From: Patescibacteria group bacterium
GTDB taxonomy: Bacteria; Patescibacteriota; Minisyncoccia; Phycocordibacterales; UBA9973
Length of the DNA: 64,000 bases
NCBI GenBank assembly: GCA_040384805.1
Contig: JAZKIP010000008.1
Span: 100,749 to 164,748 of the forward strand
Reading direction: 5' to 3'
The translations under genes and the position numbers were made by a program. Shown here in pieces: positions 48,449-57,976 of the stretch. Position 1 is the stretch's first letter, and every line of letters starts with the position of its first letter. The notes beneath the pieces are model-generated. The model was not told the DNA's origin and did not search any database. It saw nothing but the letters and a program-made list of their open reading frames with translations.

Positions 48449-50133
48449 TATTTCTTTTTTGTTTTTAGGCATGCCTTGATGAAGGCAGTGAAGAGTTTGT
48501 GCGGAGCAAGCGGCCGCGCTTTGAATTCGGGGTGGAATTGAGTACCAAGGAAGAATGGGTGCTTGGATTGCGGCAATTCCGCTATCTCGCAGAGATTGCC
48601 GTCGGGCGATTTGCCCGAGAATACGAGTCCCGCTTTCTCAAGAGCTGCGACATATGCATTGTTGACCTCGTAGCGATGACGATGGCGCTCGGAAACTTCG
48701 GACGCGCCGTATGCTTTCTCGGCAACGCTTCCCTTTTTAAGAACTGCTGTATACGCGCCCAATCGCATGCTTCCGCCCAATTTCTTCGTTGCGATCTTCT
48801 CCTTTTGGTCTTCCATAATATCGATGACGACATTCTTGACATTAGGATTGACTTCGCGGGTATTGGCGTCAGAGAGCTTGAGCATATTGCGAGCGTATTC
48901 GATGACCATGAGCTGCATGCCGTAGCAGAGGCCGAAGTACGGAATATTGTTCTTGCGGGCATACTCGATCGCCTTTAGTTTGCCTTCGACTCCGCGGGAT
49001 CCGAAACCACCCGGGATAATGATACCGTCGTATCCTTTGAGAATCTTGATCTGTTTGGGATCGCGTTCGAAATCAACCGATGACATCCATGTGAGAACCG
49101 GCTTGCCACCTTGGGCGTACGCCGAATATTTGATCGCTTCGATGACAGAAAGGTAGGAGTCCGACAATGTGAAGTCTCCCGTATTGAAATACTTGCCGAT
49201 GACGGCGATACGCACTTCCTTTTTCGACGCATGAACCGAGTCCGCAAATGCCTTCCATTTGCGGGAACCTGCGTTGTCAGAGGGTCCGCATGTCATGCCG
49301 ACAACGTCGCAGATCATATCCCCCAGGCCTTCCTTCTCGAAATTAAGAGGAATGTCATAAATACTGTCAACATCAGGAGCTGAAATGATATGATCGGCGG
49401 GAATATTGCAAAACATCGAGAGCTTCTCCTTGCGGCGGTCATCAAGTGCCTGCTTGCTGCGGGCAATGATGATATCCGGCTGGATGCCTGAGCCGTTGAG
49501 CGTCCGGACCGCATACTGCGTGGGTTTCGTCTTCATTTCCCCCACCTTCGACGGTATTGGAAGATATGAGACCATGACGAAAAAGACATTCTTGGTATGC
49601 TTGATTTTCATCATGCGGGCGGCTTCTAAGAAAAGCATGTTCTGGTACTCGCCGACCGTGCCGCCGATCTCGATAACGACGACATTAGCCTTTGCATTGT
49701 CGCGGGCGACTTCGATGCGGCGGATAACTTCAAGCGGGATGTGGGGCACCACTTCGACGCACTTGCCGGCGTATTCAAGATTGCGCTCGCGCTCGATGAC
49801 CGTCTGATAGACGCGGCCTGTCGTCATGTAGTTGATACGGGAAAGATTGATATCGAGGAACCGCTCGTAGTTGCCCATGTCCTGATCTGTCTCGTCGCCG
49901 TCGTCAAGAACGAATACCTCTCCGTGCTCGGTCGGATTCATGGTTCCTGCATCGATATTGATATAGGGATCAATTTTGATCGCGGTAACACGCTGTCCGC
50001 GGTCGCTTAGGATGCGGGCGATCGACGAGGCGGCAACGCCTTTCCCCACCCCCGAGATCACTCCGCCGACGACGAAAATATACTTGCATGATTGGGGATT
50101 ACTATCGCTTACGGCTTCCTTTTTCTTTCTCAT
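48448..50133 (-). CDS. pyrG: CTP synthase
   Basis: N-terminal synthase domain (GGVISGVGKG) plus the glutamine amidotransferase active-site Cys (GLCYGMQ). Confidence 0.95.
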   Translation of the reverse strand: MRKKKEAVSDSNPQSCKYIFVVGGVISGVGKGVAASSIARILSDRGQRVTAIKIDPYINIDAGTMNPTEHGEVFVLDDGDETDQDMGNYERFLDINLSRINYMTTGRVYQTVIERERNLEYAGKCVEVVPHIPLEVIRRIEVARDNAKANVVVIEIGGTVGEYQNMLFLEAARMMKIKHTKNVFFVMVSYLPIPSKVGEMKTKPTQYAVRTLNGSGIQPDIIIARSKQALDDRRKEKLSMFCNIPADHIISAPDVDSIYDIPLNFEKEGLGDMICDVVGMTCGPSDNAGSRKWKAFADSVHASKKEVRIAVIGKYFNTGDFTLSDSYLSVIEAIKYSAYAQGGKPVLTWMSSVDFERDPKQIKILKGYDGIIIPGGFGSRGVEGKLKAIEYARKNNIPYFGLCYGMQLMVIEYARNMLKLSDANTREVNPNVKNVVIDIMEDQKEKIATKKLGGSMRLGAYTAVLKKGSVAEKAYGASEVSERHRHRYEVNNAYVAALEKAGLVFSGKSPDGNLCEIAELPQSKHPFFLGTQFHPEFKARPLAPHKLFTAFIKACLKTKKK

Positions 50134-50195
50134 GATGATCGGCGTGAATTTTTATTGAATAAATAATCGTTGCGTGAATACATAAAGGTGAGAAC

Positions 50196-51119
50196 TTACT
50201 TCCGCAGATACCGGTTAATGGCAAAGATGCTCGAAATACTGCCGATGATGACGCCCGAGCCGAGCATGATGATGAAAAGCTGCAGGAAATTAGCCTTGTA
50301 GTAAGAGAAAAGATTGAGTCCCACGAAGTCCGTCATTTGATTGCCGAGCCAGATCGATACGGGGAAAAAGAGTATGGCAGTAATGAGGGCCGCCGACACG
50401 CCAACCAAGATTCCCGAAACAATAAACGGCCCGCGAACATACCGCGATCCTGCGCCGACCAAGCGCATGACGTTGATCTCCTCGCGCGCCATGTAGATAA
50501 TGAGGCGGATGGTGCTAAACGTAATGACGATGGAAATAAGGATAAGAGCAAAAGCAAGAACGAATCCGAGACGTTCGGCGCCGTTGATAATGGATGTGAG
50601 CCGATCGATAACGACCTTGTTCTGGTGATAGTCGACTTTATCTATTATAGAGAGATTGTTCCGCGATAAGGCGCTATTCGTATCGAAATATTTGGCGATG
50701 CTCTCATACTGCGACGGGTCTTTCGCCTTTATATTAAGCGATGCCCCCAGAGGATTCTCGGACAGGAGATCAAGACCCTGAAGAGTCAGGTAATCATCTG
50801 CATGGCGCTCCCGAAAGAGCGACAAAGCTTCTTCCTGAGAGGTATAGGTGATCTCCCGCACTTCGGGGATTTTTTCAAGTCCCGATTTTATATCCATGAT
50901 ATTATTCTCCGGAGCGCCAGGTACGAAATAAGCGGTCACGTCCACTTTCTCCCTGATATCGGAGAGCGATGCGGTGAGTGCCGCATGGACGAAAATGAGA
51001 CTCGTAATGACAAAAAGAGTGATCGTCATGATAAGAATCGAAGCAAGGGATGTGAAGCCGCTCCGTCTGAAATTACGATAGCCGGAACGTATGATTCTTT
51101 TCGTGTAGATCAAAGCCAT
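50196..51119 (-). CDS. ftsX: cell division ABC transporter permease FtsX
   Basis: FtsX topology, directly downstream of ftsE. Confidence 0.8.
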   Translation of the reverse strand: MALIYTKRIIRSGYRNFRRSGFTSLASILIMTITLFVITSLIFVHAALTASLSDIREKVDVTAYFVPGAPENNIMDIKSGLEKIPEVREITYTSQEEALSLFRERHADDYLTLQGLDLLSENPLGASLNIKAKDPSQYESIAKYFDTNSALSRNNLSIIDKVDYHQNKVVIDRLTSIINGAERLGFVLAFALILISIVITFSTIRLIIYMAREEINVMRLVGAGSRYVRGPFIVSGILVGVSAALITAILFFPVSIWLGNQMTDFVGLNLFSYYKANFLQLFIIMLGSGVIIGSISSIFAINRYLRK

Positions 51120-51126
51120 AAAAATA

Positions 51127-51804
51127 TTATATCACATACTTACCATCCTTATCGTCGCGGATGACGCGGCCATTCTCAAGCGTTATGACCCGCTTCTTGA
51201 TCTGATCGATGACGGAGCGATTGTGTGTCGTGAGAAGTATGGTCGTCCCGAGATCGTTTATCTTCTTGAGAATATTGACGACTTCGTTGGTGTTGACGGG
51301 ATCAAGATTCCCCGTCGGCTCGTCGGCTATAATGAGTTCAGGCTGAGTAATGATGGCACGGGCGATGGCAAGGCGCTGTTTCTCGCCCCCCGAGAGCTGG
51401 CGCGGAAAGTGACCTGCCCTGTGGGATAAATCGACAAGATCAAGGACATGGGGAACATCTTCGGCGATCTGGTCGTCCGTCTTGCCGGAAGCTTCCATGG
51501 CAAAAGCGATATTCTCATAGGCAGTCTTATTGGGCAACAGACGGAAATCTTGAAAAACAACGCCTATTTTGCGCCGCAAATTGGTAAGTTCACGATTGGA
51601 AAGCTTGTGTATATCGACAGATTCGAAGAAAACAGTTCCTTCGCTCGGAGATTCTTCGGCTAAAATGAGCTTGGTGAGCGTCGTTTTGCCCGCTCCCGAA
51701 TGTCCGACGATAGAAACAAACTCTCCGGGCGCGATGGCGATCGTTACGTCTTCAAGAGACGTATTATCGTTATATCTTTTTGTAACATTGTTGAAATAAA
51801 TCAT
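51127..51804 (-). CDS. ftsE: cell division ATP-binding protein FtsE
   Basis: Walker A GHSGAGKTT, signature LSGGEKQRL, Walker B IIADEPT. Confidence 0.9.
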   Translation of the reverse strand: MIYFNNVTKRYNDNTSLEDVTIAIAPGEFVSIVGHSGAGKTTLTKLILAEESPSEGTVFFESVDIHKLSNRELTNLRRKIGVVFQDFRLLPNKTAYENIAFAMEASGKTDDQIAEDVPHVLDLVDLSHRAGHFPRQLSGGEKQRLAIARAIITQPELIIADEPTGNLDPVNTNEVVNILKKINDLGTTILLTTHNRSVIDQIKKRVITLENGRVIRDDKDGKYVI

Positions 51805-51959
51805 GGGTCAGTAATGAGCGAGTAGCGAAAAGCGTACAGTGGAAAGAAGTAGCGGGAATCGAAACCCTATTCGCTTTGCTCTTATTCACTTTTCACTCGA
51901 CTATTATACCCTTTTTTGAATTGCAATCAAAATGTAGATTATATCTTTATTTTTCTGCC

Positions 51960-52847
51960 TTACAGATTCTTCTCCGCTTCGATGAATTCATCAATCTCGC
52001 CGTTTTCAAGAACTGCATCGACATCGCGGACCTCAACTGATGTGCGATGATCCTTGACCATCTTGTACGGATGAAGGACATATGACCTGATCTGACTTCC
52101 CCATTCGATATCGGTCGTCCGTGAGATCGATAATCCTGCTTTCTCTTTGGCTTTATCCTCTTCTTGTTTCTTGAAAAGCTTGCCTTTGATCATTTCGATC
52201 GCCTTTTCGCGGTTCTGTTCCTGCGACCGTTCAGTCGAGACGGCAACGGCAAGGTTAGTTGGAATATGGACCACCCGAACGGCTGTCTCGCGCTTGTTGA
52301 CGTTCTGTCCGCCGGGACCGCCCGATTTGGAAAATTCGATTTTCAGATCCGTCTCAGCGATTTCTATGACAGTGCTTCCTTTTTCGAGCTTTGGAATAAT
52401 TTCAACGAGAGAAAAGGACGTATGGCGGAGAGATTTGGCATTAAACGGCGAGATGCGAACGAGCCGATGCACTCCTGATTCGTTCTTAAGCGTACCGTAA
52501 GCGTTTTTGCCGACGATTTCAAGGGAAATATTGCGATAGCCGCCAGTATCGTTCTTATGCTCATGAATGAGAGTAACCTCCCAACCTTTCTTTTCGATAT
52601 ATTTCAGATACATCCGCAGAAGCATCGCCGAAAAATCCTCGGCATCATCGCCTCCGGCACCTGAGAGGATAGAAAGAATGGCATTGCCCTTGTCGTACTT
52701 CTCGGCGCCCAAAAGCTCGTCTTTAAGCTCATTGAGATGCTTGATCACGCCCTGCGCTTTTACTTTATCGCCCCAGAAATCAGACGACTGCATCCTCATT
52801 TCCAAATTCTCTATTTCTTTCTTGATCTCTTCGGAGTCCTTTTGCAT
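51960..52847 (-). CDS. prfB: peptide chain release factor 2, N-terminally short relative to the E. coli protein
   Basis: RF2-type SPF motif (RISPFNAK) and a GGQ motif. Only 295 aa, and no CTT TGA C frameshift site was found upstream. Confidence 0.85.
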   Translation of the reverse strand: MQKDSEEIKKEIENLEMRMQSSDFWGDKVKAQGVIKHLNELKDELLGAEKYDKGNAILSILSGAGGDDAEDFSAMLLRMYLKYIEKKGWEVTLIHEHKNDTGGYRNISLEIVGKNAYGTLKNESGVHRLVRISPFNAKSLRHTSFSLVEIIPKLEKGSTVIEIAETDLKIEFSKSGGPGGQNVNKRETAVRVVHIPTNLAVAVSTERSQEQNREKAIEMIKGKLFKKQEEDKAKEKAGLSISRTTDIEWGSQIRSYVLHPYKMVKDHRTSVEVRDVDAVLENGEIDEFIEAEKNL

Positions 52848-52999
52848 AAGAATATTATAGCAGATGGTTGAAAGAATATTCCTTGCACATTTCGATAAAA
52901 AATGTTATCTTAATTGTCATAGTTCTAGTTCTTCACAAGAGTCTTCACACGCTTAACCTTGGGCCTTCTGTTTCTACAGCGGGCCTTTTTTATATGCGG

Positions 53000-53072
53000 A
53001 GCCAAAGGTGAGAGTCGAACTCACGACCTACCCCTTACGAAGGGGTTGCTCTACCAACTGAGCTACTTTGGC
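53000..53072 (-). tRNA. tRNA-Thr (anticodon CGT)
   Basis: Manual cloverleaf: GCCAAAG/CTTTGGC acceptor, D arm GCTC/GAGC, anticodon loop TTCGTAA, T loop TTCGACT. Confidence 0.85.
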
Positions 53073-53320
53073 GTATTCTATATATACACTATCCTCCTGC
53101 ACTATTGCAATAGGAAAGTCTCTGTGATACATTCGATATATGAGTCGCAACGTACAAAAATATACCCTCTTTACATGTCTCACATGGACAAAAAGTGAAA
53201 GGTTTTCTTTTGTACTGTAGCGCGTAAAAAATCTCTCGGTTACATTACAAAAAAGAGCCCTTCACAACCGGAAGGCTCTTTTGCAACTTGATCTTTAACA
53301 AAAAAATAAACCCATTTATT

Positions 53321-54316
53321 ATGAATGCAAAGAAGATTGCCATCATCGGCAACGACACGGTCGCTAAGGCCCTTACAAAAGGATTGATTGATTTCGGCGG
53401 ATACAAGCCGACAGACATCTTTGTAGTCTGTAATGACTACTTCATCGAACCCTCACCGGAGTCTCGAAATCTCGAGACAGTAAGAGGTAATTTAAAAGAG
53501 TATGAAGATGTGATACTGGCAGTACCCTCGACAGAGGATGTATTGAGTCTTCTGGCAACGCTTAAGAGCGAGCTTTCCCCTTCTGCAACGATTATTTCAT
53601 TCGTTTCAGAGTTGAGCACAACGATCATGGCCACAATCCTGAAATGGCCGTATGGCCGGCTCATCAAGGCGACGCTCAATACGAATGTCGCATATGGATG
53701 CGGCGTTGTATGTTACAACGGCATATCGTCATCTGCGGTTTTCACCATGCAGAGAATTTTCCTTCAACTGGCCCACCCGCAGGGACTCATCAGGATTGCA
53801 GGGCAGGATATCGCCAAGGCGACGACCGCCTACGGATTAATGAAAACCGTAGACTGCCGCTTCATAGAACTTCTGTATGAAAAGGAAGGCGGAGATATCT
53901 CATTCCCTGTTTTCGCAAAAAGAATCTCTTTCGCAGACGAATCGGTAATCCAATACCTCCAAGCAAAGAAAGAGGCGATGGTGAAAATCTTCGGATTGAT
54001 GTCTTTCTTGAATACCGATCTTTCTTTCGAAAGCACTCTCTTGGCAGTGCAGCAAGACTGCCACAGCATGGAAGATCTCCAAAGCCAGACGAGGTCGACC
54101 GTACGCGTTGTCGAGCCGGAAGTTTTTACTTCCTTTAGAAGCGTCGGGCACATGCTTGTTGCGAAAAACCTTTTGAAGATGTTCGGTAAACTGCATAAGA
54201 CAGTCAAAAGATCTAACCATGCAATCTATGGCGCATTTCAGAAGTTGCGTGAAGCGTATCGCCAAAGACCGTCTCAGTCGAAAGGATCTCTCTCCCGGTC
54301 GCATGTAGGATGGTAA
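53321..54316 (+). CDS. hypothetical Rossmann-like protein (weak pyrroline-5-carboxylate-reductase-like N-terminus with a degenerate GxGxxG)
   Basis: MNAKKIAIIGNDTVAKAL. Confidence 0.35.
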   Translation: MNAKKIAIIGNDTVAKALTKGLIDFGGYKPTDIFVVCNDYFIEPSPESRNLETVRGNLKEYEDVILAVPSTEDVLSLLATLKSELSPSATIISFVSELSTTIMATILKWPYGRLIKATLNTNVAYGCGVVCYNGISSSAVFTMQRIFLQLAHPQGLIRIAGQDIAKATTAYGLMKTVDCRFIELLYEKEGGDISFPVFAKRISFADESVIQYLQAKKEAMVKIFGLMSFLNTDLSFESTLLAVQQDCHSMEDLQSQTRSTVRVVEPEVFTSFRSVGHMLVAKNLLKMFGKLHKTVKRSNHAIYGAFQKLREAYRQRPSQSKGSLSRSHVGW

Positions 54317-54334
54317 AAGACTGTACGTAAAACC

Positions 54335-54368
54335 AAAACCCCTTTCTCTTTTGAGAAAGGGGTTTTAT
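54335..54368 (+). terminator. rho-independent terminator
   Basis: aaaacccctttctc-ttttg-agaaaggggtttt. Confidence 0.55.
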
Positions 54369-54745
54369 TGAGCCGTTAGACAGACTTGCACTGTCGACCT
54401 TTTCCTTCGTTTACACCCCTATTTCATTCATTACAAATTTATAAGAGGACTAGACTGTATCTTGCGCATACTTTTTATAGATTAGCGCCCCTTGTCAGTC
54501 GTTCGGGCGATTGCTCGCCACGGTCTTATCCCTTTTAAAGGACGTTAACCGTAATTCGGGATTCATTATTTTGTTTCCAAAATAATGGGCTATTATACGA
54601 TAACCATGGAAATGCTCTACTGCCTGAGCTATAACGGCTAAAACAAACTTTGTTTGTTTGCCCGAACATTTTGAGTACAAAATGTTTTAGGGCTATACCA
54701 AAACACTTCGCAATAATACTATATTTTACTTAGATTTCCAATCCG

Positions 54746-55219
54746 TTATTTCTCTTGGCATTCTTTAAGATATTCGAGCGCCGCGTCTTTGTCATCGACA
54801 AGAATGATCTTGTGCTTGTGTCCGAAAAATTCACGAGTGAGTTTCAAAAGTTCCGGCTCGATGTCGGCGACGATATCGATCGCAACGCTCTCGTCCCGGG
54901 CGAGTATCTTGTGATCCTTGTCCTCACGGACAAAGATGCCGAAAACTTCCACTTGAACGATATCCCCCGTTTTATGCTCCTTGTTTGAGAATATCAAGAC
55001 ATCGACTTCGTCCCCTTCTTCCTTGTTAAAAATATTTTCAAGATATCCGTAACAAACCGGCATTATACCGCCGTTAATGGGGAGAATTTCCTTGGTCGGG
55101 CCAAGATCTATGAATTCACCGAGTTTATCTGTTCCCATCTTTTTATGGATGCGCCTGTCGGATCCTTTTGGAATTTCAATGATTGCCGTATATGACATAT
55201 ATAAAGAATATCGTAACAT
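54746..55219 (-). CDS. ppa: inorganic pyrophosphatase (family I)
   Basis: IIEIPKGS...DVLIFS pattern. Confidence 0.85.
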   Translation of the reverse strand: MLRYSLYMSYTAIIEIPKGSDRRIHKKMGTDKLGEFIDLGPTKEILPINGGIMPVCYGYLENIFNKEEGDEVDVLIFSNKEHKTGDIVQVEVFGIFVREDKDHKILARDESVAIDIVADIEPELLKLTREFFGHKHKIILVDDKDAALEYLKECQEK

Positions 55220-55408
55220 TGCAAAAATAGCAAAAATACGTATAATGGATATGCTCTATGAAGGGCATTTTTAATTTAAGTTGTAATGGGATTATAGCGG
55301 GGTAGAGAAAAGGCATCTCCAAAGGACATATAGCGCGAAATAACCTGAAGGTTATGAGCCATGTCAAAATGTAAGGAGAAGATGGCAGCGGAGAAAATTA
55401 TATACCAT

Positions 55409-55479
55409 AGCGGGGTAGAGAAAAGGCATCTCGCAAGGCTCATAACCTTGAGATAACGGTTCGATTCCGTTCCCCGCAA
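55409..55479 (+). tRNA. tRNA with CAT anticodon (Met/fMet/Ile2 class), atypical A1-A72 mismatch
   Basis: Manual cloverleaf: D arm GAGA/TCTC, anticodon arm CAAGG-CTCATAA-CCTTG, T arm AACGG-TTCGATT-CCGTT. Confidence 0.55.
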
Positions 55480-55622
55480 CACGTCGGCGTGACAGGCCAA
55501 AATATATGTCATGCCGAGAAAAAATGCAGCAATAGAAGCGTTGGCTCGGCCACAGTCTCGCATCAACGCAATGCTCTACTTGAGGGTAACACCCTCGACA
55601 AGAAGCAATGCAGTTGCTTTTT

Positions 55623-55695
55623 GTCGGGGTAGCTCAGTCGGTAGAGCACAGGACTCATAAGCCTGGGGTCGTGGGTTCGATCCCCACCTCCGACA
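55623..55695 (+). tRNA. tRNA-Met (anticodon CAT)
   Basis: Manual cloverleaf: GCTC/GAGC D arm, CTCATAA loop, GTGGG-TTCGATC-CCCAC T arm. Confidence 0.85.
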
Positions 55696-55727
55696 CACGC
55701 AAAGACATGCTTTGCTAAAAATAAAAT

Positions 55728-55801
55728 GCGGCCGTAGCTCAACTGGTTAGAGCACTCGCCTGTCACGCGAGAGGTTGCCGGTTCAAGTCCGGTCGGCCGC
55801 G
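55728..55801 (+). tRNA. tRNA-Asp (anticodon GTC)
   Basis: Manual cloverleaf: GCGGCCG/CGGCCGC acceptor, CTGTCAC anticodon loop, GCCGG-TTCAAGT-CCGGT T arm. Confidence 0.9.
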
Positions 55802-55904
55802 CAAGAGTGAACGAAGTGGTGGAAAGTCATCCACCAGTGAAGGTTCCTATAATTCCCCAAAAATTTGCTTGCCAAAACGAATCATTTTCCATAATTTTAT
55901 ATCT

Positions 55905-56309
55905 TTACATTATTCTTGTCGGATGAGGAATAAGAGGAATAAGTAATCCTTTACTATAAAAAAGAACTTCTTTGCCTTTCCTTGGTTTATAGGCAATATG
56001 TGTAAAAAAGTAATTTTGCTTTTGTATGTCCTTATCCTTATATAAAATCTGAATTTGTGGAACATCATCATAAGATACAATCCACTGAGCATTTTTTATC
56101 TTTTTTATTTTTTGACTTACTCGTTCGTGATCTTCATGTTCATATGAGTTCATATACAAAGACTGTCCTTTTAAAAAATAAGGTGGGTCAAAATAAAAAA
56201 TAATGTTTTTGCTTTCTGTTTTCTTCTGAATATTATCTACAAGATCTAAAGCATCAAGATTCTCATTATGAGATTTAAGAGCAGTTCTTACGTTAATCAC
56301 TATGCCGCG
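55905..56309 (-). pseudogene. C-terminal fragment of a Dam-like (D12 class) N6-adenine DNA methyltransferase
   Basis: DPPY motif (IIFYFDPPYF) plus C-terminal collinearity with Dam. The N-terminal AdoMet-binding half is absent and replaced by GC-rich hairpins. Confidence 0.5.
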
Positions 56310-56573
56310 CAGAAAAAAGTCCTTTGGGGCTTTTTTGCGCGGCCGAAGCGGGCAAACTGCTTTGCCCGCGACCGGACTTGAAAGACTTTTCCTTATTCGC
56401 AGTAACGAATGGAAAAGTACCCGCGACCGTAGGGCGAAAGTCCAGTCGGACCCATAAGAGGAAGTTCTTATGAGCAAAGCGAATTAGAAACTTGACCCTC
56501 AAGTCCGATTAATTTATAGCCCAGACAAAAATTTTCGGCGGAAAATTTTTAGTCGAGGGAAAGATTCCGGTCG

Positions 56574-56619
56574 GCCGCACCAACGAAAACCACCTATTCT
56601 ATAGGTGGTTTTCTGTGGG
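56574..56619 (+). repeat. 46-bp direct repeat, copy 1 (contains an A-tract-hairpin-T-tract terminator-like structure)
   Basis: gccgcaccaacgaaaaccacctattctataggtggttttctgtggg, identical to 57707..57752. Confidence 0.8.
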
Positions 56620-56651
56620 TGTATGGAACAGAGAACTGATATAATAAAATT

Positions 56652-57638
56652 ATGAAAACTAAAGGTGGCAATACGAAAATTGTCTTTAAAAATCAACCAA
56701 AATTATCTGAGCATGAGATACAAAGTGAAATGAATAAAAGACGAATGCATCTTGTTCGTTCAATTAAAGATTTCATCTTGACCCATAATAGTTTTAAAGG
56801 TAAGGAGGTTGGTGTTACTTTTTCCCATAAAGGTGTTGGGTCGCTTGTAAGTATGATAGAAACAATTGATGAAAAACAGATTCTAAAAATCTCGTTGGGT
56901 TCACATGGTGTTGGAGAGGCTCAGTTTCTAAAAGTGTGGGAGCAAGTAGGAGTTAAAGTACCACAAGTAAAAGAGGCAGGTATTTTGGGTGGGTACTCTT
57001 ACACCCTGATGGAATACATAGATGCACCAATACTAGGAGAAACATTTAGCGGTAAAGAATTAATTCAAAAAGAGAGTTACTCAGAAATGGGACGCATTAT
57101 GAATATAATGCATACACCAAAAGCAAAAGGATATGGCCGTGTTGTTGACGGTAAGGCAAAATACGAAGAATTCAATGACTGGATTCTAGGTGAAGATATG
57201 CAGAAAAGATTTGGGTACATCAAAGAACATTCTCTTCTTGAAAACGAACACGGCTCATTGTCCGTGGCGCTTCAAACACTTATTGAATACACTACTAAGG
57301 AAAATAAAAGTAGCTATTGCCACGGGGATTTTGGCACTTCAAATATTTTTGCTACTATTCCTATAACTGTTTTTGATCCGAATCCAAACTTTAACAATAA
57401 ATACATAGATTTAGGACGAACCCTAGTAATGGTATTAACGCGTCCTAAACAGCAGGAAGCAATAATTCAATTAATTAAGGGTTACTTCCAAGATAAGCCC
57501 TATAATAAAAAGGTTTTACAGGCGTCAGTTTTATTGAATGCTTATATAAAATTTTTTAATTGGCACAAAAAAAGTAAACTGAAGGCGATTGAAAATGTTC
57601 AAGAATACCTTATTCAAAATAGGCATCTACTAGCTTGA
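56652..57638 (+). CDS. APH/choline-kinase family phosphotransferase
   Basis: CHGDFGTSNIF Brenner motif. Confidence 0.7.
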   Translation: MKTKGGNTKIVFKNQPKLSEHEIQSEMNKRRMHLVRSIKDFILTHNSFKGKEVGVTFSHKGVGSLVSMIETIDEKQILKISLGSHGVGEAQFLKVWEQVGVKVPQVKEAGILGGYSYTLMEYIDAPILGETFSGKELIQKESYSEMGRIMNIMHTPKAKGYGRVVDGKAKYEEFNDWILGEDMQKRFGYIKEHSLLENEHGSLSVALQTLIEYTTKENKSSYCHGDFGTSNIFATIPITVFDPNPNFNNKYIDLGRTLVMVLTRPKQQEAIIQLIKGYFQDKPYNKKVLQASVLLNAYIKFFNWHKKSKLKAIENVQEYLIQNRHLLA

Positions 57639-57706
57639 GTTTAGAGTGTGGGTATATAAATATGATCATTATGATTCTGTATTGCAGTTCCAACTTCGTC
57701 CACTAA

Positions 57707-57752
57707 GCCGCACCAACGAAAACCACCTATTCTATAGGTGGTTTTCTGTGGG
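57707..57752 (+). repeat. 46-bp direct repeat, copy 2
   Basis: Identical to 56574..56619. Confidence 0.8.
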
Positions 57753-57778
57753 CCTACCGAACCCTTGAACCAGACATC

Positions 57779-57976
57779 TTAATATTTCCTATTATTCAAC
57801 TCCGCCTCATATATTTCCATAAGCTTAAAGAAGTTCTTCAAGCTCGGTACTGCCCTACCGCATTCCCAATGAGATATTTGATCAGCATATTTAAGTCCCA
57901 TACGTTGAGCGACCTCTTGCTGGGTCAATCGTAATTCTATGCGGATTTGACGTAATTCGTGGGGAATCCAGAGCAT
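57779..57976 (-). CDS. XRE-family HTH transcriptional regulator
   Basis: LRLTQQEVAQRMGLKYADQISHWECGRAVP Cro/C1-type HTH. Confidence 0.7.
   Translation of the reverse strand: MLWIPHELRQIRIELRLTQQEVAQRMGLKYADQISHWECGRAVPSLKNFFKLMEIYEAELNNRKY

Noticed and set aside
52850-52915. Possible RF2 programmed-frameshift leader ORF (MTIKITFFIEMCKEYSFNHLL)
   Set aside because: There is no CTT TGA C slippery site, it ends in TAA, and the peptide has no resemblance to RF2 N-termini.
54541-54700. tRNA-like remnant on the minus strand (GCCGTTATAGCTCAGGCAGTAGAGCA...)
   Set aside because: Acceptor, D-arm and anticodon-stem-like segments can be drawn only with a 22-nt insertion, and no T-arm can be formed. 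At most it is a tRNA-derived pseudogene.
55276-55766. ORFs 55276..55566 and 55563..55766 (minus strand)
   Set aside because: They overlap three tRNA genes and the tRNA 5'-duplicate. These are the usual spurious frames antisense to tRNAs.
56280-56570. GC-rich hairpin cluster considered as RNase P RNA, SRP RNA or tmRNA
   Set aside because: Compared by eye with the conserved cores (GGAAAGUCCGG...ACAGAA for RNase P, GGUGCUGUUUACC for SRP domain IV, the tmRNA tag frame and 3' tRNA-like end). None matched. Kept only as part of the decayed-element finding.
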